From an uncultured delta proteobacterium (GTDB lineage Bacteria > Desulfobacterota > Syntrophia > Syntrophales > UBA2192): a DNA stretch of 64,000 nt. The stretch spans positions 1 to 64,000 of the forward strand of contig CAVPJD010000009.1 of NCBI GenBank assembly GCA_963705165.1, read 5' to 3'. Positions 9,667 to 22,204 of this stretch are shown in pieces (the first letter of the stretch is position 1; every line of letters starts with the position of its first letter). The notes beneath the pieces are model-generated. The model ran no database searches, was not told the origin of the DNA, and saw only the letters and a program-made list of their open reading frames with translations. The translations under genes and the position numbers were made by a program.

Positions 9667-12417
9667 ATGTCAAAAAAATGGGTTTATCTGTACGACGAAC
9701 TCGACGAGGCAAAAACAATATGCCGGTCTTGATTGGGACGATGTCTGCGGGTTGCTGGGCGGCAAAGGCGCCACCCTCGCAGAGATGGCCCGCATCGGCC
9801 TGCCCGTCCCTCCCGGCTTTACCGTCACCACGGAGACGTGCAATGCAGTATCTTGCCGCCGGGATGAGGTTCCCGGAAGGCATGTGGGAGCAAGTGCTTT
9901 CCGCTCTGGCGCAGGTCGAGAGGAAGGCGGGCAAGAAATTCGGTGATCCCGCCTGCCCCCTGCTCTTGTCCTGCCGCTCCGGCGGCAAATTCTCCATGCC
10001 CGGCATGATGGACACGGTACTCAATATCGGCCTGAACGCCGAGACCGTCAAAAGCATGATTGCCAGCACCGGGCGAGCCCTGCTTTGTCTACGACTCCTA
10101 CCGCCGCCTGATCCAGATGTTCGGCTCGGTGGTCATGGGCGTGCCCGACGAACCGTTCGAGGAGGTGATCATCGGGCACCGCAAAAGCCGCGGCGTCAAA
10201 AGCGACGCGGAGCTGACCGCGGCGGACTGGAAAGCCGTCATCGAGCGCTTCAAGGACATTTTCCGGCGCTACAATCGCATTGATTTTCCCACGGATCCCC
10301 ATGAGCAGCTTCGTCTTGCGATGGAAGCCGTGTTCAAGTCCTGGAAAGGCAAGCGCGCCGTTGATTACCGCAATGCGGCAAAGATTCCGCACACTCTCGG
10401 CACGGCCGCCAATATCCAGATGATGGTGTTCGGCAACATGGGCAGCAATAGCGCCACCGGTGTTGCCATGACCCGCAATGCGACGACGGGCGAGAAAAAA
10501 ATCGAGGGGGACTACCTCATCAAGGCCCAGGGCGAGGATGTCGTGGCGGGCACCCGCATCACGGACCGGGTGGAAAACATGTCCCAAACCATGAGTGAAG
10601 TCTGGGGTCAGTTCGTAGAGATCACTCAGCTGCTGGAAAAGCACTTCCGCGACATGCAGGATATTGAGTTCACCGTGGAGCGCGGCACGCTCTGGATCCT
10701 CCAGTCCCGGGACGGCAAGCGCACCGCCCAGGCCGCTGTCCGAATCGCTGTGGATCTGGCCGAGGAGGGCCTGATCACGCAGGACGAAGCGGTGATGCGG
10801 ATTACGCCCGAGCAGGTGGATTTCTTCCTGCACCCCCAGTTCGATCCTGAGTCCAAGAAGACCGCCGAAGCGGAAGGCCGGCTGCTGGCCAGCGGGTTGA
10901 ACGTCTCCCCCGGGGCCGCCGTCGGCATGGTGGCCTTTGATGCAGGACTGGCCGAGAGCTGGGCCAAGAAAGAAGGCAAGAACGTGGTCATGGTCCGGCC
11001 CGAGACGAAGCCGGACGACGTTCACGGCATGCTGGCAGCCGAAGGGATTCTCACCAGCCGCGGCGGCCGTACAAGCCATGCCGCTCTCGTCGCCCGCCAA
11101 TTCGGGAAGCCGGCCGTGGTCGGTGTTGCCGCCCTGGAGATCGACATGATCCAGAACGTGATGACGGTAGGCGATCAGCTCATTCATGAAGGCGACTGGA
11201 TATCGATCGACGGCACCACCGGCGAGGTGTTCCTGGGCAAGCTGGAAACGATGGTGCCCGACATCTCCGACCGGTGGCTGATGAAGCTGCTGGGCTGGGC
11301 CGACGGCGCCCGGCGATTGGGCGTCTGGGCCAACGCAGACTATCCCGCCGACGCCAAGCGCGCCCGCGACTATGGCGCGGGCGGCATCGGCCTGTGCCGA
11401 ACCGAGCACATGTTCTTCGAGCCCGAGCGGCTGCCCATCGTGCACAAGATGATCATGACCGTCCAGCCCGCCGAGCGGCGCGAAGCGCTGGATGAACTGC
11501 TGCCCTTCCAGCGGGAGGATTTCAGGGGCCTCTTCCGGGCGATGGACGGGTTGCCGGTGATCATCCGCCTCCTCGATCCTCCTCTGCACGAATTCCTTCC
11601 GAGTTACAAAACCCTGATGGTCGGTCTGGCGGACAACAAGATCCGCCTGATGCACGCAAGGAATTTGAGGGAAATCGACGAGTTGCTCCACAAGATCGAG
11701 GTTGACGGTCACGTCCTGGCGCGGGTGGAGGCTCTCCACGAGTCCAACCCGATGATGGGTCTGCGAGGGGCACGTCTGGGACTGCTGATACCGGAGCTGA
11801 CGCAGATGCAGATGCGGGCCATCCTCGAGGCCGCCTGTCAGTGCATCAAGGAGGGCGTCGAGGTCCATCCCGAGGTGATGGTCCCGCTCACGAGCCACGT
11901 CAATGAGCTGAAGGCCCATCGCGACGCTCTGGCGGCGGTGGCCAAAGAGGTGATGGAGGAGCAGGGGATCACCGTTGACTACAAGTTCGGCACGATGATC
12001 GAGATCCCGCGCGCTGCCCTCACCGCCGACGAGATTGCCGAAATCGCCGATTTCTTCTCCTTCGGCACCAACGACCTCACCCAGATGACATTCGGCATCA
12101 GCCGCGACGATGCCGAAAAAGGATTCCTCATCGATTACATCCAGCAAGGCGTCCTGGCGGAGAATCCCTTTGAAACCATCGATGAGAACGGCGTGGCGAA
12201 GCTGATGGGGATGAGCATGGATCTGGGTCGCAAGGTCCGCCCGGACCTGGAAGTGGGGATCTGCGGCGAGCACGGCGGCGACCCCAAGTCCATTACTATC
12301 TGCCACAGGCTGGGACTGAATTACGTCAGTTGCTCGCCGTACCGCGTGCCCATCGCTCGCCTGGCCGCCGCCCAGGCTGCCCTGAGGGATCGAATGACGA
12401 TAAAGAATGATTCATAG
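9667..12417 (+). CDS. ppdK: Pyruvate, phosphate dikinase; three apparent frameshifts (~9720, ~9848, ~10078)
   Basis: [37 protein letters not shown] (phospho-His), [27 protein letters not shown]. Confidence 0.93.
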
Positions 12418-12747
12418 TACAGGACCGGCGCGTGTCGGGATGCGCCATCAAGTGCATTTCCTCGATCGGTAATCTATCGCCACTCCGGTCGTCCCTCTCC
12501 AGTGTCCGTGATCGCGGTCGAACCGTCGAGCTGCAGCCCGACGCATGCGCTCCTTCGTCATCTGCTTAGCGGCTCGCTTGTGTTCTCCCCGGCGATTGTG
12601 TATAAATAAACGTGTGTCGATAAGCCGGTCTTTCCTTTTGAAGACACACCTTGAGGAATGTCGGCAAGCGTCCCTTTTCCGTCCCGGATCGAAACGAACC
12701 TTCCGCTCTCAACGCCCGCTGCGCCTGTCTTGCTCAAGGAGGGCCCC

Positions 12748-15538
12748 ATGAGCAGAATCAAGGAATTAAACAAGCTCGGCCAGTCCGTCTGGCTCGATTT
12801 CATACGCCGCTCGCTGATCACCTCCGGCGAGATGGATGCCCTCATCGCCCGGGGCGTCTCCGGCATCACCTCAAACCCAACGATTTTCGAAAAGGCCATC
12901 GCGGGAAGCGCGGATTACGACGAGGCCCTCAGGGAACTCGTGGCCGAGGGGAAGACAAACGACGAGATCTACCTGGCGCTCGCCCTCGACGACATCCGGC
13001 GGGCCGCCGATCTCTTCCGGCCGGTCTGGGACGCCACGGGGGGCGCCGACGGCTATGTAAGTCTCGAGGTGAGCCCGAAACTCGCCTGCGACACGGAGGG
13101 GACCATCGCCGAGGCGAGGATGCTCTTCAAGGCCCTCGACCGGCCCAACGTGATGATCAAGGTACCCGCCACGGCACAGGGGGTTCCGGCCATCGAGGCC
13201 CTCATCGCCTCGGGCGTGAACGTCAACGTGACGCTCATCTTCTCGCTTGCCCACTACGAGGCCGTCGTCCGGGCCTACATCGCAGGCCTCGAGAAGCTGG
13301 CCGCAAAAGGGGGCAATCTTCGGAAGGTCGCCTCCGTGGCCTCCTTCTTCGTGAGCCGCATCGACACGGCAGTGGACAAAAAGCTCCAGGCCCTCGGCAA
13401 TCAGGATCTCCAGGGCAAGGCGGCCATCGCCGGCGCACGGCTGGTCTACGGCCGCTTCCGCGCGATCTGCTCCTGGAAGCGCTGGGAAAAGCTCGCACGC
13501 CAGAGGGGCCCGCGTGCAGCGTCTCCTCTGGGGGAGCACGGGCACCAAGAACCCGCGCTACTCCGACACGCTCTATGTGGACGAACTCATCGGCCCCGAC
13601 ACGGTGAACACCGTCCCCCCGGCCACCCTCGAGGCTTTCCTCGACCACGGCAAGGTTGCCGTGACGCTGCGCAAGGGAATCCGCCAAGCGAGGCAGGTTT
13701 GTGAGGGAATCGAAAAGCTGGGCATTCACCTGGACGGGGTCACCGATGAGCTGCAGCGCGAGGGGGTGCTTGCCTTCGAGAGCTCCTTCGATGCGCTGAT
13801 GGCGAGCATCCGCTCCAAGCGTGACGAGATCCGGTCAGGATGGAAGCCCGAGTCGACCGAGGCCGGCACCTTCCGCGAGCAGATCGACGAAGCCCTCGCC
13901 GGGCTCCGCAAGGACCGCATCATGGACCGCATATGGGCGAAGGACCACACCGTCTGGAAACCCGACCCGAGGGAGATCTCGAACCGCCTCGGCTGGCTCA
14001 CGAGCGCTTCCGACATGATGGAGCGCATCGACGAGATCGAGGCCTTCGCGAGGGGCGTCCGGTCAGACGGTTTCACCCAGGTGCTGCTCCTGGGGATGGG
14101 CGGCTCGAGCCTCGCCCCTGAGGTCTTCGCGAAGACCTTCGGCAGCGAACCCGGCTGGCCATCGCTTGCCGTCCTGGACAGCACCGACCCGGGCACCGTG
14201 TTTCGCCGCGCGGAAGAGCTCGACCCGGCAAGGACCCTCTTCATTGTCTCGTCGAAATCGGGGACGACCGTCGAGATCCACTCCTTCTTCAAGTTCTTTT
14301 ACGGGTGGGCCTGCGAGCGGCTTGGAAGGGAGAGGGCCGGCGGACACTTCGCAGCCATCACCGACCCCGGATCGAAACTCGCGGAGTGGGCACGGGAGTT
14401 CGGTTTCCGCCAGGTCTTTTTGAACGACCCGGACATCGGCGGCCGCTTCTCGGCTCTGTCCTTCTTCGGCCTCGTGCCGGCGGCGCTCACCGGCTTCGAT
14501 GTAAGGAAGCTTCTCGAGCGGGCCATGACGATGGCCGCCAACTGTGACGCAGCCAACTGCCCCGTGACCGGCGACAACCACGGCGCAAGGCTGGGCGCGT
14601 ACCTGGGGAGGCTTGCACAGCTCGGCCGCGACAAGCTCACCCTGATCACTTCGCCCTCGATCCAGCACTTCGGCGACTGGGTGGAGCAGCTCGTCGCCGA
14701 GAGCACCGGGAAGGAAGGCAAAGGGATCCTGCCCGTTCTCCGTGAGGCCCCGGGCAAGCCCGACGTCTATGGGCCGGACCGGCTCTTCGTGGGGCTGGAG
14801 GCGGCGGGCGAGCCGCTTCGCGCAACGTTCATCCGCTCCCTTGAGGATGCGGGCCACCCCGTGGAGATTTTCCGCCTTCATGACCCCTACGACCTGGGCG
14901 GGCAGTTCTTTCTCTGGATGATGGCCACCGCCGTGGCGGGCCGATTCCTGGGAATCAACCCCTTCGACCAGCCCGATGTGGAGGCCGCCAAGGCGGGCGC
15001 CCGCGAGGCCGTGGAAGCTTACAGGACAAGCGGCAGGCTTCCCGAGGAGACGCCGGCCCTGAGCTTCGGCGGCGTCGATGTTTACGGCAGCGTGAAGGGA
15101 AAAGACACGATGAGCGCACTGGAGAATTTCCTGGGGGAGATATCGCCCGGGGGCTACATCGCCGTCATGGCTTACGTAAACGCGACAGACGAGACGAACA
15201 TCCTGCTGCAGGTATTCCGCACGAGGCTGCGCGACCGCTACCGGGTCCCTGTGACCGTGGGGTACGGGCCCCGCTTCCTCCACTCGACAGGACAGCTTCA
15301 CAAGGGCGACGGCGGCCGGGGGTTCTTCATCCAGATCACGGCCGACGGCGAGGAGGACGTCCCGATTCCCGACGCGCCGGGGTCGGCAGCGTCTTCGATC
15401 ACCTTCGGGACCCTCGAGGCGGCCCAGGCCATGGGCGACCGGCAGGCACTTCTCGGGAGAGGACGCCGGCTCATCCGGCTCCACCTGGGCCCGGATATCG
15501 TCGGAAGGCTGGCGCTTCTGACGGAAGGCATTCTATAA
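12748..15538 (+). CDS. Bifunctional transaldolase / phosphoglucose isomerase; frameshift near 13505
   Basis: GQSVWLD, TSNPTIF, MIKVP, NVTLIFS, ASFFVSR; QRLLWGSTG continues into PGI motifs GMGGSSL, SKSGTT, IGGRFS, EQLVAESTGK, NPFDQPDV, HSTGQLHKG. Confidence 0.92.
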
Positions 15539-15590
15539 AGCGGAAAGAAGATCCCCCTCTTTCCCCCTTTGAAGGCCCATACCATAATTG

Positions 15591-15683
15591 CCCTCTCCCT
15601 TGAGGGGAGAGGGCCAGTGAGGGTGGAAAAAGGTACAGGGATCATTCCCCCTCACCTCAATCCTCTCCCGCCAGGGGAGAGGA
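15591..15683. repeat. CCCTCTCCC/GGGAGAGGG palindromic repeat doublet (REP-like)
   Basis: ccctctccc-ttgag-gggagaggg plus an inverted copy; 21-nt perfect inverted match to 28839-28859. Confidence 0.75.
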
Positions 15684-15770
15684 CGATCAAGGAATCGGGT
15701 ATTCACATGGGGAGGAAAGGGGGATTTGAAATGGCAACCGCTTCACGACGCGAGAAGGAGGGAAAGAAAG

Positions 15771-16505
15771 ATGGGTGTCGATGCTGCACAGTTGAAAAAA
15801 CAGGCGGCGGCCTATGCCGTCGATCTCGTTCAATCGGGGATGATCGTCGGGCTCGGCCACGGCAGCACGGCGATCCATGTCGTGGGCCTTTTAGCGGAGA
15901 AACTGAAATCCGGCCAACTCAAGGATGTCATCGGCGTGCCCAGCTCCTACCAGGTCGAGGAGGAGGCCATGCGTTACGGTCTGCCCCTCAGGAAACTCGA
16001 CGAGAACCCCATGATCGACCTGACCATCGACGGGGCCGACGAGGTGGACCCGCAGCTCAACCTCATCAAGGGGGGCGGAGGTGCGCTTTTACGCGAGAAG
16101 ATCATCGCCCAGGCCAGCCGGCGGGAGATCATCGTCGTCGATGAGGCCAAGCTCACGCCCGTCCTGGGCCGGAAACGCTGCGTGCCCGTTGAGGTGGTCC
16201 CCTTCGGGTGGAAATCGCAGGTGATGTACCTCGAATCGCTGGGCGCAAAAGTGACCATGAAGCGCAACGCCGACCGCAGCCCTTTCAACACGGACTGCGG
16301 TAACTGGCTCTTCGAGTGCAATTTCGGCCCTATCGAAAGGCCCCACATCCTGGCCGAGAAGATCAAGAACCGCGCCGGGATCGTGGAGCACGGGCTTTTT
16401 CTGGGCTTGGCCTCGGATGTGGTCGTTGCCGGCGTCGCCGGCATCCGGCACCTCAAGCGCGGCGAGGGCGGGATCTCGCCGAGCGATTTCGGCAAAGAGT
16501 TCTGA
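15771..16505 (+). CDS. rpiA: Ribose-5-phosphate isomerase A
   Basis: VGLGHGST, IDGADEVD, IKGGGGALLREKI, PVEV, GIVEHGLF. Confidence 0.96.
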   Translation: MGVDAAQLKKQAAAYAVDLVQSGMIVGLGHGSTAIHVVGLLAEKLKSGQLKDVIGVPSSYQVEEEAMRYGLPLRKLDENPMIDLTIDGADEVDPQLNLIKGGGGALLREKIIAQASRREIIVVDEAKLTPVLGRKRCVPVEVVPFGWKSQVMYLESLGAKVTMKRNADRSPFNTDCGNWLFECNFGPIERPHILAEKIKNRAGIVEHGLFLGLASDVVVAGVAGIRHLKRGEGGISPSDFGKEF

Positions 16506-16513
16506 AACGGATG

Positions 16514-16614
16514 GAAGTGAAGAAGAGCAGACGATCGGAAGAGCGGATAACGGACAAACCGATCTGTTTTCTTTCTTTGATCCGATCCTCCTGACTTCCT
16601 GACTTCTTAACTTC
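16514..16614. repeat. Degenerate octamer tandem array with inverted partner
   Basis: gaagtgaa-gaagagca-gacgatcg-gaagagcg ... ctgacttc-ctgacttc-ttaacttc. Confidence 0.5.
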
Positions 16615-16659
16615 ATGCACGAGAGGCGGAAGGCTGTTTCGAAGGCAAAGGGTTGAGAA

Positions 16660-17564
<905 letters not shown>

Positions 17565-17583
<19 letters not shown>

Positions 17584-17653
17584 CTGGTGGCCAGTGAAAG
17601 AAAAGGACCTTTCAAGGATTTCACTGATCACTGTCCACTGACCACTGACCACT
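17565..17653. repeat. Heptamer array with inverted heptamer array
   Basis: agtgacc-agtgacc-agtgact-ggtggcc-agtg ... cactgat-cactgtc-cactgac-cactgac-cact. Confidence 0.8.
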
Positions 17654-17670
17654 CGAGAGGCGGAACCTAA

Positions 17671-19146
17671 ATGGCAGAGAAAAAAGGACAGGCCGAACCC
17701 TGCACCATCGTGATCTTCGGCGCCTCGGGCGATCTGACCTCCCGCAAGCTCATGCCGGCCCTGCACAGCCTCTCCTGCGAGGGGCTCCTTCATCCGCAGA
17801 CGGACGTCATCGGGCTCGCCTTGACGGATTTGAGCGACGGCGCCTTGCGGGATCTGCTCAACAAGGGGGTCATGGAGTACTCGCGGCACAAGCCCGGGGG
17901 CGAGGAAATCTGCGCCCGCTGGCCGCGCTTTGCAAAGCGGGTAACCTACATCCGCGGCCAATTCGAAGACAGCGATACCTATGCGGTACTTGCCAGGCAC
18001 CTGGACCACCCCGGGAGGGCTGCCCGCACCCGGGGCAACGTTCTTTTCTACCTCGCCACGACACCGCAACTCTTCCCGATCATCGCCGGCCAGCTCGGGC
18101 GGGCCGGCCTCAACAAGGGCGCCGGGTGGCGGCGGGTCATTGTCGAGAAGCCCTTCGGCACCAACCTCGAAAGCGCCCGGCGGCTCAACGACGAGCTCCT
18201 CTCCGTTTTCACCGAGAGTCAGATCTTCCGAATCGATCACTACCTCGGCAAGGAAACGGTCCAGAACATTCTGACCCTGCGGTTCGCAAACGCCATCTTC
18301 GAGCCCCTGTGGAACCGCAACTTCGTGGAACACATGCAGATCATGGTGGCCGAGGATTCGGGGGTCGGTGCCCGGGGAGAGTACTACGACCGCGCCGGTG
18401 TGGTCCGGGATATGCTCCAGAACCACCTCCTGCAGCTTCTCACGCTGATGACGATGGAGCCGCCGTCGGCCTACAGCGCACGCTCGCTTCGCGACGAAAA
18501 GGTCAAGGTGCTTCAGGCCGTGCGCTGCCCGAGGAGCGAGGACTGCATCCAGGGGCAATACCGCGGCTACAGGAAGGAAAAAGCCGTTGCCCGCCACTCG
18601 CGAACCCCTACCTTCGCGGCGCTGACGCTATACGTGGACAACTGGCGGTGGCAGGGCGTGCCCATCTACCTGCGCACAGGGAAAAAGCTCGCCCGGAGGG
18701 CCTCGGAAATCTTTCTGCAGTTCAAGGCGGTGCCCCACCTGTTGTTTCCGGAGAACTGCGATCTCACGCCGAATCACATCTCCATCTGCATCGCGCCCGA
18801 CGAGGGCATGCACCTGGGCTTCGAGACGAAAGTCCCGGGGACGTCGATGAAGTCGGCCCCTGCGGATATGGTTTTCCACTACGGCGATCGATTCGGGGAT
18901 TTCGTCATCCCCGACGCCTACGAGCGGCTCCTCATGGACGCCATCCAGGGCGATGCCTCCCTCTTCGCCCGGCGCGACGAGATCGAGTGGGCCTGGATGA
19001 TCCTGGACCCGCTGATCGCAGCCCTGGAGAGCCCGGCGGCAGCGCCTCCAGCGCCCTATCGGGCCGGAAGCTGGGGACCCGACGAGGCCTGCGCCCTCCT
19101 GGAGCGGAAAGGCTATTCCTGGCATTACAGCTGCAGCCGGGGGTGA
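17671..19146 (+). CDS. zwf: Glucose-6-phosphate 1-dehydrogenase
   Basis: [39 protein letters not shown]. Confidence 0.97.
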   Translation: MAEKKGQAEPCTIVIFGASGDLTSRKLMPALHSLSCEGLLHPQTDVIGLALTDLSDGALRDLLNKGVMEYSRHKPGGEEICARWPRFAKRVTYIRGQFEDSDTYAVLARHLDHPGRAARTRGNVLFYLATTPQLFPIIAGQLGRAGLNKGAGWRRVIVEKPFGTNLESARRLNDELLSVFTESQIFRIDHYLGKETVQNILTLRFANAIFEPLWNRNFVEHMQIMVAEDSGVGARGEYYDRAGVVRDMLQNHLLQLLTLMTMEPPSAYSARSLRDEKVKVLQAVRCPRSEDCIQGQYRGYRKEKAVARHSRTPTFAALTLYVDNWRWQGVPIYLRTGKKLARRASEIFLQFKAVPHLLFPENCDLTPNHISICIAPDEGMHLGFETKVPGTSMKSAPADMVFHYGDRFGDFVIPDAYERLLMDAIQGDASLFARRDEIEWAWMILDPLIAALESPAAAPPAPYRAGSWGPDEACALLERKGYSWHYSCSRG

Positions 19147-19152
19147 TGCGGC

Positions 19153-19908
19153 ATGGCCTTCATTGAGATCTTCCCCTCCCCTGCCGACATGACCCGGGCG
19201 GCGGCAAATCTCTTCGCGGCCAAGGCTGCCGAGGCCGTATCGTCGCAAGGGCGATTCACCGCGGCGCTCAGCGGCGGGAAGACCCCCGTGGCGCTCTATG
19301 ACCTTCTGGCGAAGGATCCCTTCGCATCGCAGATCCCCTGGGCGCGCGTTCATCTCTTCTGGGGGGACGAGCGCTGCGTGCCCCCCGATCACGGGGACAG
19401 CAACTACCGACTCGTACGCGAGCGACTCATCGATCATGTGCCCATCCCGACCGCAAACGTCCACCGGATGCCGGGCGAGATGGACCCCGTGGAGGCAGCG
19501 GCCCGGTACGAAGAGCAACTGCGGGAATTCTTCGCACCGCACGGGGGCGGCTTTCCCGTTTTCGACCTCATCCTTCTTGGTCTCGGCGAGGACGGCCACA
19601 CGGCCTCGCTCTTCCCCGGAACCCGGGCACTCCGGGAATCGGCACAGTGGGTTGCCGGCCACTACGTGGATGCGCAGAAGGGCTGGAGGATCACCCTCAC
19701 ACCGCCAGTCATCAACGCCGCACACACGTTGGTCTTCATCGTTTCAGGGGCCGGAAAGGCAGCCGTCCTGAAGGAGATCCTGGAGGGGCCCATCCGGCCC
19801 GATGCGCTCCCCGCGCAAATCGTCAGGCCTGCTGACGGCACCCTTTTGTGGATGCTGGACCGCGAGGCGGCAGCCCTGTTGAAAGTGGAAGGAAGAGGGA
19901 AAACATGA
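19153..19908 (+). CDS. pgl: 6-phosphogluconolactonase
   Basis: ALSGGKTP, WGDERCVP, SNY, LLGLGEDGHTASLFP, RITLT. Confidence 0.96.
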   Translation: MAFIEIFPSPADMTRAAANLFAAKAAEAVSSQGRFTAALSGGKTPVALYDLLAKDPFASQIPWARVHLFWGDERCVPPDHGDSNYRLVRERLIDHVPIPTANVHRMPGEMDPVEAAARYEEQLREFFAPHGGGFPVFDLILLGLGEDGHTASLFPGTRALRESAQWVAGHYVDAQKGWRITLTPPVINAAHTLVFIVSGAGKAAVLKEILEGPIRPDALPAQIVRPADGTLLWMLDREAAALLKVEGRGKT

Positions 19909-20618
19909 CCCGCACGGCAAAGACGATGTTGCTGCTTCTTGTCATCCTTCTCCTGCCGGCCCTCGCGGCCGCGCAGGGAACGGTCCTTTTGCGGGAGGAA
20001 TTCAATGACCTCGCCAACTGGCGCCCGGTGACGTTCCCGAAGATCAAGGAACACACGCAGTACTCGATCGAGAACCAGGGGCGTGAATCTGTTCTCCGTG
20101 CCGAAAGCCGGGCCTCGGCCTCGGCCATCGTCTACCGGAGCCCCTTCAATGTTTACGACTACCCCGGGCTTCGCTGGAAGTGGAAGGTCGAAAACGTTTA
20201 TGAAAAGGGCAACGCAAGGACCAAGGAGGGCGACGATTACCCCCTGAGGATCTACGTCCTTTTCGAGTACGACCCGGAAAAGGCAGGCACCTACGACAAG
20301 GCGAAATATGGGCTCGCCAAGGCGCTCTATGGCGAATATCCGCCCCACAGCGCCTTGAATTACATCTGGACGAGCCGGGAGGACGAGAGTGGCATCATCA
20401 CGAACCCCTACGCGTCGAATACGAAGATGATCGTACTCCAAAAGGGAAAGAAGAACCTCGGCCGGTGGATCGTGGAGGAGCGAAACATCCTTGACGACTA
20501 CCGCAAGGCCTTCGGGAGCGACCCGCCCACCATGGCCACCCTCGGGATCATGAACGATTCGGACAACACCAAAGAGGCCTCCGTCTCCTACGTGGGGTTT
20601 ATCGAGGTGTACAAATAA
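19905..20618 (+). CDS. DUF3047 family exported protein
   Basis: Signal peptide; LRWKWKV, KEGDDYPLRIYVLF, LNYIW, IMNDSDNT. Confidence 0.85.
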   Translation: MTRTAKTMLLLLVILLLPALAAAQGTVLLREEFNDLANWRPVTFPKIKEHTQYSIENQGRESVLRAESRASASAIVYRSPFNVYDYPGLRWKWKVENVYEKGNARTKEGDDYPLRIYVLFEYDPEKAGTYDKAKYGLAKALYGEYPPHSALNYIWTSREDESGIITNPYASNTKMIVLQKGKKNLGRWIVEERNILDDYRKAFGSDPPTMATLGIMNDSDNTKEASVSYVGFIEVYK

Positions 20619-20622
20619 GGAA

Positions 20623-20720
20623 GGAGTAATGGAGTGATGGAGCACTGGAATATTGGGTATGAAATAAGATTTTTACCATTCAGCCCCATTATTCCATTAT
20701 TCCAGTATTCCATTATTCCA
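20623..20720. repeat. Octamer array with inverted octamer array
   Basis: ggagtaat-ggagtgat-ggagcact-ggaatatt ... cccattat-tccattat-tccagtat-tccattat. Confidence 0.8.
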
Positions 20721-20740
20721 GCCACCCCTGGGGGAGTTTT

Positions 20741-22195
20741 ATGGCAACGTACGATTTCGATATCGGCATCATCGGCGGGGGGTCGGCGGGGCTGACGATC
20801 GCGGCAGGGGCTGCGCAGCTCGGCGCAAAGACCCTGCTGATCGAAAAGGAAAAGGTGCTCGGCGGGGACTGCCTCCACTTCGGTTGCGTGCCCAGCAAGA
20901 CCCTGATCAAGACGGCCAATGTCTATCACCAGATGAAGAACGCGAAGGCCTACGGTCTGCCCGAGATGGATGTTAAGCCCATCGACTTCGCAAAGGTCGT
21001 CGGGCGAATCCGTTCCGTCATCGGCACGATCCAGAAGCACGACTCGGCGGAGCGCTTCTGCGGCCTCGGCACCCGCGTGGAATTCGGAAGCCCCGCCTTC
21101 GTCGACGAGAACAGCGTGAGCCTCGATGGGATCCCGTATACTGCAAAGACCTGGGTCATCGCGACGGGCTCCTCCCCGGTCATCCCGCCCATTGCGGGCC
21201 TCGAAAAGACCGGCTGCATGACCAACCGGGATATCTTCACCCTCGACCGCCTGCCGAAATCGATGATCATCCTCGGCGGCGGGCCTGTCGGCATCGAGAT
21301 GGGCCAGGCTTTCAACCGGCTCGGGACAACCGTGACGATCGTCGAGATGGGGGCCGCCATCCTGCCCAAGGAGGACAAGGACATGGCCGAGATGGTCATG
21401 GGTGTGCTCCAGGCCGAAGGGGTGCGTTTCCGGCTCAAGGCATCGATTCTAAGAGTGGTGAAGATCGGGACGGAACAGGAGGTCATGATCAGGATCGGCG
21501 ACACGACAGAAGCCCTGAGCGCGGAGGCGATCCTCGTGGCCGTGGGAAGGGGGGCCAATCTGAAGGGACTCGGTCTGGAAAGCATCGGGGTCGACTTCGA
21601 CGACCGGGGCCTCAAGCTCGATGAGCGGCTCAGGACCACGCAAAAGCACATTTACGGGGCTGGAGATGTGACAGGCGCCTACCAGTTCACTCACGCGGCG
21701 GGATACGAAGGCGGCGTCGTCGTGACCAACGCCGTGTTCCATCTCCCCCGAAAGGTGGACTACGCTTACCTGCCCTGGTGCACCTACACGGACCCGGAGC
21801 TTGCAAGCATCGGCATGAATGAAAAAGCGGCGCAGGACGCAGGAATCAAGTACAGCGTCTGGGCCGAGAACTTCCGCGACAACGACCGCAGTCTTGCCGA
21901 GGGGGAGGCGACGGGGAAGATCAAGATGATCCTTGACGAAAAAGAGAAGCCCATCGGCGTGCAGATCCTGGGCCCCAGGGCGGGGGATCTTATCGCGGAG
22001 TGGGTCGCCGTGTTCAACGGAAAAACCGGTCTCTCCACGCTGGCTTCGGCCGTGCACCCCTACCCCACGCTGGGGGAGATCAACAAGAAGGTGGCCGGGA
22101 CGTTTTTGTCCACGAAGATCTTCTCGGAACCCGTCAAGAAAGGCCTCAAGCTGTTCTTCAACCTGAGGGGAAGGGCCTGCGAACCGGCGGCCTGA
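20741..22195 (+). CDS. FAD-dependent pyridine nucleotide-disulfide oxidoreductase (MerA/E3-like)
   Basis: GGGSAG, GGDCLHFGCVPSK redox pair, GGGPVG, HPYPT; no C-terminal Cys-Cys. Confidence 0.9.
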   Translation: MATYDFDIGIIGGGSAGLTIAAGAAQLGAKTLLIEKEKVLGGDCLHFGCVPSKTLIKTANVYHQMKNAKAYGLPEMDVKPIDFAKVVGRIRSVIGTIQKHDSAERFCGLGTRVEFGSPAFVDENSVSLDGIPYTAKTWVIATGSSPVIPPIAGLEKTGCMTNRDIFTLDRLPKSMIILGGGPVGIEMGQAFNRLGTTVTIVEMGAAILPKEDKDMAEMVMGVLQAEGVRFRLKASILRVVKIGTEQEVMIRIGDTTEALSAEAILVAVGRGANLKGLGLESIGVDFDDRGLKLDERLRTTQKHIYGAGDVTGAYQFTHAAGYEGGVVVTNAVFHLPRKVDYAYLPWCTYTDPELASIGMNEKAAQDAGIKYSVWAENFRDNDRSLAEGEATGKIKMILDEKEKPIGVQILGPRAGDLIAEWVAVFNGKTGLSTLASAVHPYPTLGEINKKVAGTFLSTKIFSEPVKKGLKLFFNLRGRACEPAA

Positions 22196-22204
22196 CGGCC
22201 GCCG

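Noticed and set aside
9715..9735. In-frame TGA early in ppdK as selenocysteine or programmed recoding
   Set aside because: Homology continues in a different frame, so a +1 indel explains it; no slippery site or SECIS recognised
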